A program made the position numbers and the translations under genes. The notes beneath the pieces were generated by a model, which saw only the letters and a program-made list of their open reading frames with translations, ran no database searches and was not told where the DNA came from. A DNA stretch of 49,109 nt. It comes from a virus. The stretch is taken from the IMG/VR virus record IMGVR_UViG_3300037780_000133. The stretch is one strand, 5' to 3'. The stretch's first letter is position 1. Each line of letters begins with the position of its first letter. Shown one piece after another: positions 1-5,436 of the stretch.

Positions 1-26
1 AGAGCTGCGGAAGAACTAGGGAAGAG

Positions 27-45
27 CCGAACGGCGTTCGGTTTT
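27..45 (+). terminator. Hairpin CCGAACGGCGTTCGG plus TTTT after the last gene of the plus-strand operon (palindrome copy 1)
   Basis: A 6-7 bp stem followed by T4, starting 8 nt after the TAG stop at 17-19. The stem is short. Confidence 0.4.
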
Positions 46-84
46 AAATGAGAAGAATCAGGGGACTAGCTGAAATGCCTGACA

Positions 85-125
85 CCTTAGCAGGGGAGCG
101 CCTTCAGCCACTCGGCCACCTCTCC
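85..125 (-). other. 5' half of a tRNA-Ser(GCU)-like sequence, tRNA positions 1 to about 41; attP core candidate
   Basis: The minus strand reads GGAGAGG-TG-GCCGAGTGGCTGAAGGC-G-CTCCC-CTGCTAA-GG. This gives an acceptor 5' strand, U8, a D-arm with GG, and an anticodon stem and loop with GCU. The 3' stem strand, variable arm and T-arm are absent. Confidence 0.75.
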
Positions 126-181
126 GCAGAGCGGAAACCCCTAATAAACATGGGAATCATAGGCAAGAGGGTTTTGTCGGC

Positions 182-201
182 AATTGTCGCGAATTGTCGC
201 C
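182..201. repeat. Tandem 10-bp direct repeat ATTGTCGCGA / ATTGTCGCCA
   Basis: Read directly from the sequence. It lies about 60 bp from the tRNA fragment. Confidence 0.5.
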
Positions 202-227
202 AAATGACCGGAACAAACGTGGTATAT

Positions 228-260
228 GGGGAAGATCTGGGGAAGACTCGGGGAAAACAT
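228..260. repeat. Three phased 11-bp direct repeats: GGGGAAGATCT, GGGGAAGACTC, GGGGAAAACAT
   Basis: Read directly from the sequence. The period is one helical turn, and the region is non-coding next to the attP candidate. Confidence 0.55.
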
Positions 261-368
261 CCACGATTTGTTCCGTCGCCAGCTCCGGTTCCGAAGCGTC
301 TCGGAGTGAACGAACGGGCTGGAGAATTAACGCCGCGCAATTATAAGACCGGCAACCGGGAGATCTGC

Positions 369-719
369 ATGACCGAACCCTCGACTGACCCAAGCCCGCT
401 TTTCCTTCATGGCCTGATCAAGGCCGCGATGACATGCCTGACCCATCATCGCATCGAGCTGCGATCGCGCGCCGGCTACGACGCCACACTGTTTGAAGTT
501 CATTTCGCCTTGAGCGACCTTCAGGATTATCAGAAAGAAGGGGGCCAGGTCCCACCGTTCAACCTGATCGGCAAACATGGCGGCGCCCAATCGGCCGTGG
601 TCGACAATATCAACGGCACCCGGATCCAGGTTCACACAGAGGTGAAGGCAGGTCAGGCGTGGATCATGTATGACGGCGAAATCATCGAGACCGTTCAGCA
701 TCCGGCAGACTCAAACTGA
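369..719 (+). CDS. Hypothetical protein
   Basis: In-frame ATG at 369 preceded by GGGAG 8 nt upstream. The longer 48..719 reading would run through the tRNA fragment and the repeats. Confidence 0.4.
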   Translation: MTEPSTDPSPLFLHGLIKAAMTCLTHHRIELRSRAGYDATLFEVHFALSDLQDYQKEGGQVPPFNLIGKHGGAQSAVVDNINGTRIQVHTEVKAGQAWIMYDGEIIETVQHPADSN

Positions 720-768
720 TCGGCGATTCACCTCTTGCAAACTCATTTATTGTAACTACATTAAATGC

Positions 769-1044
769 ATGAGCGACACGCCAGAATACGAATGGGACGA
801 AGAAAAAAACCGCTCGAACCAGAAGAAGCATGGCGTCGCGTTCGAAGAGGCCTTCAAGTTTGATTGGGATACCTGCACCGAATTTGAAGACAACCGTTTC
901 GATTATGGCGAATTGAGATGGGTGGTTATCGGTCGAATTGGAGGTCAAATTTACACAATGTCGTACACGCTTCGCGGCGAAACCATCAGGGTGATCTCAC
1001 TGCGACGCGCAACGGCTCAAGAACGGAGAATTTATCATGGATAA
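769..1044 (+). CDS. brnT: BrnT-family (DUF497) ribonuclease toxin
   Basis: The N-terminus YEWDEEKNRSNQKKHGVAFEEA is typical of BrnT, and the protein is about 91 aa. It overlaps the downstream partner gene by 8 nt. Confidence 0.8.
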   Translation: MSDTPEYEWDEEKNRSNQKKHGVAFEEAFKFDWDTCTEFEDNRFDYGELRWVVIGRIGGQIYTMSYTLRGETIRVISLRRATAQERRIYHG

Positions 1045-1429
1045 GAGAAAGGCGAAAAAACCGGCTAGAAAACCGAAAAGCGGTGAATTCCTGCGCGTTC
1101 ATAATACCGGTCGATTGGTAGACGTTCAGAAAACGACGATTCAGGGAACGGCAAAATTGCCTCGCTCCGGTCCGGCTGGATCCTCAGTAGCATCTGCCCA
1201 CGATCCCGATAATCTTCCGATCACCGAAAAAGACATTGCCGACGGAAAGTTGGTCATGGTCCGCAAACGTGGCCGGCCAGTCGGTTCCAGGAAAACTCAA
1301 AAAACCGTTCGCCTGGACGACGACGTGATTGAGGCGTTGCAGGCAGATGGGACTGGCTGGCAGACCCGGATGAACGCGATCTTGCGAGAGGCGCTAAAAC
1401 TCGACAACAGCGACGCGAAGGCGAGCTGA
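1037..1429 (+). CDS. brnA: BrnA-family antitoxin
   Basis: The C-terminal motif VRLDDDVIEALQADGTGWQTRMNAILREAL matches the BrnA signature. The gene sits immediately downstream of BrnT and overlaps it. Confidence 0.8.
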   Translation: MDKRKAKKPARKPKSGEFLRVHNTGRLVDVQKTTIQGTAKLPRSGPAGSSVASAHDPDNLPITEKDIADGKLVMVRKRGRPVGSRKTQKTVRLDDDVIEALQADGTGWQTRMNAILREALKLDNSDAKAS

Positions 1430-1651
1430 TCAAGCGTGCTGGTCGAAATCGAGCATCAGTTGCTCAAACTCATCGTGCACCACCGCCGCCATGGCGATCA
1501 GCGCCTCGAGATCACGGTCTCCTGATTGAATATTCGCCTTCGCGTCGACCGCTTCGGCCATTGTTTTCACCGAATGTATCATCGCTCGAGTCCGGATTAA
1601 CCGAACGGACATTAAGGGTGTGACGTCCCTATCAATACTTGCTTTCGACAA
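1430..1651 (-). CDS. Hypothetical small protein; start uncertain (TTG at 1651, or internal ATGs)
   Basis: The ORF is convergent with brnA and lies downstream of an AT-rich divergent promoter region (1652-1826). Confidence 0.3.
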   Translation of the reverse strand: MSKASIDRDVTPLMSVRLIRTRAMIHSVKTMAEAVDAKANIQSGDRDLEALIAMAAVVHDEFEQLMLDFDQHA

Positions 1652-1826
1652 TGCTATTACCCACCATACTATACGTTCTGTATTATTAATGCGGACCGTC
1701 GAGAGTACGCATTTGTATTTTCGGCTTAGTTCAGTTGCAGAAGATTGTTGCTATATTTTTGAAACAAACTGAGCACGCGTATTGCACGAGTCAACATAGA
1801 CAATTTGTCTTTTTTAAGAGAACGGA

Positions 1827-2285
1827 ATGATTTCTGAAACGCTGTGTTGCAGGATGGCGATTATGGCTGAGTCTGTAAACTTTCCACCAGTGAGCGAGAT
1901 CTCTATATTCTCTACCATGGTCGAGACGCCCCAAATTTTTGATCAACAGCTGGGCACAGCAATTCGATCGGCGAGACGCGCGAAAGGTTGGAGCCAGGAG
2001 CGCCTGGCGGCGAGAGTGTCGATTTTGCGCGCGACGCTCGGATACTATGAACGAGGCGCTCGACCCATTCCTGCACGCACGCTCAATCGAATTGCAATCG
2101 CGTTGGACATCAAGCCAGGACATTTCTTTCGTGAAGCTGAAGCGACTGGCAGTGATGCAAACGGTGATGCAGCTGCCCGCAAACAACGCATTGAAGAGAT
2201 CAATCGAAAAATGGGACCGGACACAGCCCTAGTCACCCTCGATATGATCCTCCACATTCTCGATCTCTCCAGCCGATCCAAGTAG
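1827..2285 (+). CDS. XRE-family helix-turn-helix transcriptional regulator; start may be 1854, 1863 or 1917
   Basis: HTH segment QQLGTAIRSARRAKGWSQERLAARVSILRATLGYYERGARPIPARTLNRIAIAL. Confidence 0.7.
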   Translation: MISETLCCRMAIMAESVNFPPVSEISIFSTMVETPQIFDQQLGTAIRSARRAKGWSQERLAARVSILRATLGYYERGARPIPARTLNRIAIALDIKPGHFFREAEATGSDANGDAAARKQRIEEINRKMGPDTALVTLDMILHILDLSSRSK

Positions 2286-2591
2286 TTCAGCCGCATATAG
2301 GTCGAGTTCGGCCTGTCTTATCGCCGCGGCGATCCGTTCACGCAACTCTTCACTTGCCCCGATATCGGCCGTCGCCAGTTCTTCTATATGGACTAGCAGT
2401 TCCTGGATCTGCACAAGCGGATGCATCAGTCTATTCTCTCCGGAAAAACCAAGCGGCGTAGGCCTGCCACGTAAAATATACCGAAAGTCATGAGCGCCCA
2501 GAAATTTATCCGCATCGATATTTAATTTTTCTCTACTGAATTGACGTCCACGAAACTGAAAGAAGATTGAAAAAGGCGGGAATTCCACCAC
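2229..2591 (-). CDS. Hypothetical protein with an acidic helical C-terminus
   Basis: The ORF has a GTG start. Its 3' end overlaps the convergent XRE gene by 57 nt. A TGnTAAAAT extended -10-like element lies just upstream. Confidence 0.35.
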   Translation of the reverse strand: MVEFPPFSIFFQFRGRQFSREKLNIDADKFLGAHDFRYILRGRPTPLGFSGENRLMHPLVQIQELLVHIEELATADIGASEELRERIAAAIRQAELDLYAAELLGSAGEIENVEDHIEGD

Positions 2592-2630
2592 AGGTTCATT
2601 TTAGCACACGCTTCGCCTGGAAAGAACCCA

Positions 2631-2658
2631 AAGAAAAAACCCCGCCACAGGGGCGGGG
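2631..2658 (-). terminator. Rho-independent terminator ending the late/lysis operon
   Basis: The minus strand reads CCCCGCC-cctgt-GGCGGGG followed by TTTTTTCTTT, 30 nt after the stop at 2688. Confidence 0.75.
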
Positions 2659-2687
2659 CAAAATCGAACCGAATTCTGAGTGCGCGA

Positions 2688-3044
2688 CTATGGCATGAAC
2701 CTCTGATGATCCGCGCGCCAGGCGAACCACGCGAAATGGCTGAGGATCACGGCGCCAAAGGTGAAGGCAAGAAACAGCCCAGTGTTACCCATGGCGAGCA
2801 TTTCCAGCAGTGTCTCAGCGTCGAGTTCGCCCAACGCCAATGCTGAAGCGATATAGATCATGAGGATCATATAGCCCATCCAGGCCATGTTGATCCCCGT
2901 ACTCATCAATCGCTCCAGGACAGGGCTGAAAGGGTGCTTCCAGGGCCATCGCGGCGTTAGCGACGGGACCTGTGTAAGGAAGTACATGATAATGACGGCG
3001 AGAACGGCCTGCAGCAGGCACAGGAACGCGATTACGTAGGTCAT
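2688..3044 (-). CDS. Membrane protein with about 3 TM segments; lysis-cassette component (holin or antiholin candidate)
   Basis: The start has an ATGA overlap with the upstream gene. Three long hydrophobic segments are visible. Confidence 0.55.
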   Translation of the reverse strand: MTYVIAFLCLLQAVLAVIIMYFLTQVPSLTPRWPWKHPFSPVLERLMSTGINMAWMGYMILMIYIASALALGELDAETLLEMLAMGNTGLFLAFTFGAVILSHFAWFAWRADHQRFMP

Positions 3045-3469
3045 GAGCCACCTCCGCGCTTGGTCAACATCGCGACGAGCCAGGCCCCAAGCGCTTTCAT
3101 GGTTTTTGGACTGACGAGAACGCCGATGACCCCAAAGCCAACCAAGCCACCGATATAGATGCCGGCTATTCGATCGAGCGGCGACGAACTCGCGATCGAT
3201 GGCCCGACAAATAAGCCAAAGGCCGCGCCCAGCGCAAAGGCTGCCATGACCCAAAAGACACGGCGAAATATTCGCTCGGGCGGTCGTTCTTTCTGATCCA
3301 GGATCAAAAACAAGATCGCCGACGCCGAGCCTGCGCACGCTGCCGCGATCGCCATAGCCGACAAGCCAACGACCGAGTTCGCTGCCGGCACCACTGTCGC
3401 ACTGGTGCCGGCGATCGCCGACAGCACGATCAACGTTCCGTGCAACATAAATTTGGTCGATAGAAACAT
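3041..3469 (-). CDS. Multi-pass membrane protein with about 4 TM segments; holin candidate
   Basis: Gly/Ala-rich hydrophobic segments, and a position inside the lysis cassette. Confidence 0.5.
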   Translation of the reverse strand: MFLSTKFMLHGTLIVLSAIAGTSATVVPAANSVVGLSAMAIAAACAGSASAILFLILDQKERPPERIFRRVFWVMAAFALGAAFGLFVGPSIASSSPLDRIAGIYIGGLVGFGVIGVLVSPKTMKALGAWLVAMLTKRGGGS

Positions 3470-3493
3470 TCACCAGCCCCGTGTGATTAAGGT

Positions 3494-3697
3494 TTATTCT
3501 TCCAGGTCCCAACAACCCATCTGTTCGCCCTGAAGCTCAACAGCAAACACGTACTCAACGTGCTCGTCGGACCAAAATTCGATCTCTTCTTCGGTATAGA
3601 CCGGCTTGATTGGACAGATCCTATCGCTTCCGAGCATTCCGACGCAGCCGGTCGCGAATGGAACTAGTAGGAGTGGCATTAGCTTCCTGAAGCGCAT
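3494..3697 (-). CDS. Small lipoprotein; o-spanin candidate
   Basis: Internal ATG at 3697 with GAGGA 8 nt upstream. The signal peptide MRFRKLMPLLLVPFATG|C has a lipobox Cys. The gene overlaps the upstream TM protein gene out of frame. Confidence 0.45.
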   Translation of the reverse strand: MRFRKLMPLLLVPFATGCVGMLGSDRICPIKPVYTEEEIEFWSDEHVEYVFAVELQGEQMGCWDLEE

Positions 3698-3836
3698 CGG
3701 ATTTTCCTCTTTCGTCTTTGGCTCTCGCCTCATGACGGGACGCCCGCTCAGTCGCCTTGCCAGATCTGCGCGCAAAGAACAGCGCGCCGGCCAGCAAGAC
3801 GACCAGAACTCCGCCCCAGATCAGGGCATTGTCCAT
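3621..3836 (-). CDS. Small N-terminal-TM protein with a charged C-terminus; i-spanin candidate
   Basis: N-terminal TM segment IWGGVLVVLLAGALFFA followed by an Arg/Lys/Glu-rich tail. Its 3' end overlaps the lipoprotein gene (3621-3697). Confidence 0.4.
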   Translation of the reverse strand: MDNALIWGGVLVVLLAGALFFARRSGKATERASRHEARAKDERGKSDALQEANATPTSSIRDRLRRNARKR

Positions 3837-4037
3837 TTATTCGGCTGGGGTGTTCAGACCTTCGAGAAGGTTCGTGACGAACACTTCTGCGATCTCAACG
3901 GCCGTATCGTCGAGTTCGTTTTCGCTCTCGGCGATCAGATCGCGGAGCTTTTCGCCGGCATCAAAGCCGGTCTTTGCAGCATAGTCTTTGCCCATAGGTG
4001 TGAGGGCAGCAACGACCATTGGAATGATGGTTTCCAT
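3837..4037 (-). CDS. Hypothetical acidic small protein
   Basis: AAGGAAAC ribosome-binding site upstream. The stop abuts the next start codon. Confidence 0.45.
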   Translation of the reverse strand: METIIPMVVAALTPMGKDYAAKTGFDAGEKLRDLIAESENELDDTAVEIAEVFVTNLLEGLNTPAE

Positions 4038-4095
4038 AGTAAGTTTCCTTGTTTTGAGAAAACCAGCGTTTGGGACAGGCAGCCGGCGCGCCTGT

Positions 4096-4407
4096 TTAGT
4101 CTGACGGGTATGCCGGCAGATCTATCGTTTGCCCCCGCAGGTCATGGTGACAGTCCTGCAGGTAGCGAATGCGGCCGCCCTCCACGAAGAGATGGCAGCG
4201 GGATTGGGGGTGGTCCTTATTGACCAGGAGCGAGGGGCTGAATGTCGGTGCCGCCTCATCGCCATTGTACGACCATTTGGGCCGCGATGGATCCGTCGCC
4301 CGGATGATGTACGGGTGCGTCAGACCGCATCCAGGGCACAAAAAAAGGAGGTAAGTCTCCTCCTCATTTTCCAATTTGTAGAGATACTTCCCGACAGGCT
4401 CACCCAT
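4096..4407 (-). CDS. Cys/His-rich conserved phage protein, zinc-ribbon-like
   Basis: Contains CPGCG ... C ... CHH motifs. Its start overlaps the endolysin stop by one base. Confidence 0.5.
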   Translation of the reverse strand: MGEPVGKYLYKLENEEETYLLFLCPGCGLTHPYIIRATDPSRPKWSYNGDEAAPTFSPSLLVNKDHPQSRCHLFVEGGRIRYLQDCHHDLRGQTIDLPAYPSD

Positions 4408-4871
4408 CAGCGGCGCGTCCGCTCATACCTTCGCGCCCGGAAGTCCAGATGCACGAATGTGTGGTAAAAAATGATGCCGTTAAAGCCAAACCTGCGCGCA
4501 ACATTCGCGAGTGGCGCCTGAAACCCTTCGGGACAGGCCACATCAAACGCTGCGCCGGCGAGATGGCGCGATCGTTTCGCGCCGCCAATCTTGTGATTAT
4601 GCGCCGGCGACCGGTAAGCGCTGTTGATTGTCAGCGGTTGGCCAAGGTGGGATCGAACTTCCTGAAGCGCATCGATCGCCGGCGCGTACAGCATCAATAC
4701 GCCATCGGATTCGCTCGCTAGCTCTTCAGGTTTAAAGTTCGGCCAACGCCACAACTGATCCCACGACGCGTGGGTGTGATGCTCAGGCCCGATCGTGTCA
4801 CCTTCGCCAAGGATATCCCAGGATTGGCCATGCGCGCCGCGCTCGACGCGATCAATGCGATAGCTGGTCAT
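4407..4871 (-). CDS. Peptidase M15A-type (D-Ala-D-Ala carboxypeptidase-like) endolysin
   Basis: Motifs SAYRSPAHN, SRHLAGAAFDV and HLD match the zinc ligands of the M15 family. Confidence 0.8.
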   Translation of the reverse strand: MTSYRIDRVERGAHGQSWDILGEGDTIGPEHHTHASWDQLWRWPNFKPEELASESDGVLMLYAPAIDALQEVRSHLGQPLTINSAYRSPAHNHKIGGAKRSRHLAGAAFDVACPEGFQAPLANVARRFGFNGIIFYHTFVHLDFRARRYERTRR

Positions 4872-5173
4872 TTCTTCGCCTTTGATTTGGCCTTCGGCTT
4901 CGCCTTTGGTTTTGGACGGAACTGGAAGGTCTTAAAGCGAGACTGCAGGTCAATCCGAACGGCGTTCGCTTCCCCTGCAGAATTGCTGAAATTGTAGGTC
5001 TCGATCATCAAACAACACTCAAACAAAAGCCGCTTTTCAGCGGCCAGGAGTGTGTCTTTTGACTTCAGTTTTCGATACGTTCCCATCACGGCCCGGGCCG
5101 GGGAGTTTAGAAGCTCTGCATGCCGGGCTTCCTTGAGAAGAGGCATCAGCTTGTCTAGCGCCATCGGTTTCAT
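4868..5173 (-). CDS. Hypothetical protein with a Lys/Pro-rich C-terminal tail
   Basis: ATG at 5173 with GAGG 9 nt upstream. It has an ATGA overlap with the endolysin start. It contains palindrome copy 2. Confidence 0.45.
   Translation of the reverse strand: MKPMALDKLMPLLKEARHAELLNSPARAVMGTYRKLKSKDTLLAAEKRLLFECCLMIETYNFSNSAGEANAVRIDLQSRFKTFQFRPKPKAKPKAKSKAKK
4955..4969. promoter_or_regulatory. Palindrome copy 2, CCGAACGGCGTTCGc, nested inside a CTGCAGG/CCTGCAG inverted repeat (4943-4980)
   Basis: Read directly from the sequence. 14 of 15 bases match the consensus. Confidence 0.5.
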
Positions 5174-5183
5174 GGGCTTCGCC

Positions 5184-5420
5184 TCACCACTCTTCTTCGC
5201 ACATGAAAGGCGCATCTTTGCCGGGCGGGACGGCCACATATTGCGTGCACTTTTCCTGCTCATCATCGCTGTCTGCGAGATGGGCGATCACCAAGGCGCC
5301 GGCGACCGCAAACGCGGCGGCCACAAATTGAGTTTCGCGGTCAATTTCCACGCCTTGAACTTTGATTGTTTGACAGCCAGGCAGCATCAATGCCAGCCCG
5401 GCGAGGGCAGCTCTAATCAT
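5184..5420 (-). CDS. Lipoprotein downstream of the tail genes
   Basis: Signal peptide with lipobox LALMLPG|C. GGAGAAATAGG ribosome-binding site upstream. Confidence 0.55.
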   Translation of the reverse strand: MIRAALAGLALMLPGCQTIKVQGVEIDRETQFVAAAFAVAGALVIAHLADSDDEQEKCTQYVAVPPGKDAPFMCEEEW

Positions 5421-5436
5421 CCTATTTCTCCAGTGA

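Larger units (their letters stand above)
1..127. repeat. Terminal direct repeat, identical to 48983..49109
   Basis: Base-by-base comparison of the two window ends. It contains the last 19 nt of ORF 48381..49001, a hairpin and a tRNA fragment. Confidence 0.95.

Noticed and set aside
27-41. The 15-bp palindrome as a LexA (SOS) box
   Set aside because: It is GAAC-N3-GTTC. The alphaproteobacterial box is a direct repeat, GTTC-N7-GTTC, and the Gram-positive Cheo box has N4 spacing.
48-368. N-terminal 107 codons of the 223-aa ORF 48..719
   Set aside because: This stretch runs antisense through the tRNA-Ser fragment and across the phased direct repeats, and it has off-frame-like composition. A start at 369 with a GGGAG ribosome-binding site is more plausible.
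3045-3515. Upstream part of the 275-aa ORF 2688..3515
   Set aside because: It overlaps the 4-TM gene 3041..3469 out of frame and is Arg/Gly-rich. Only the segment from the ATGA-coupled start at 3044 looks like a real membrane protein.
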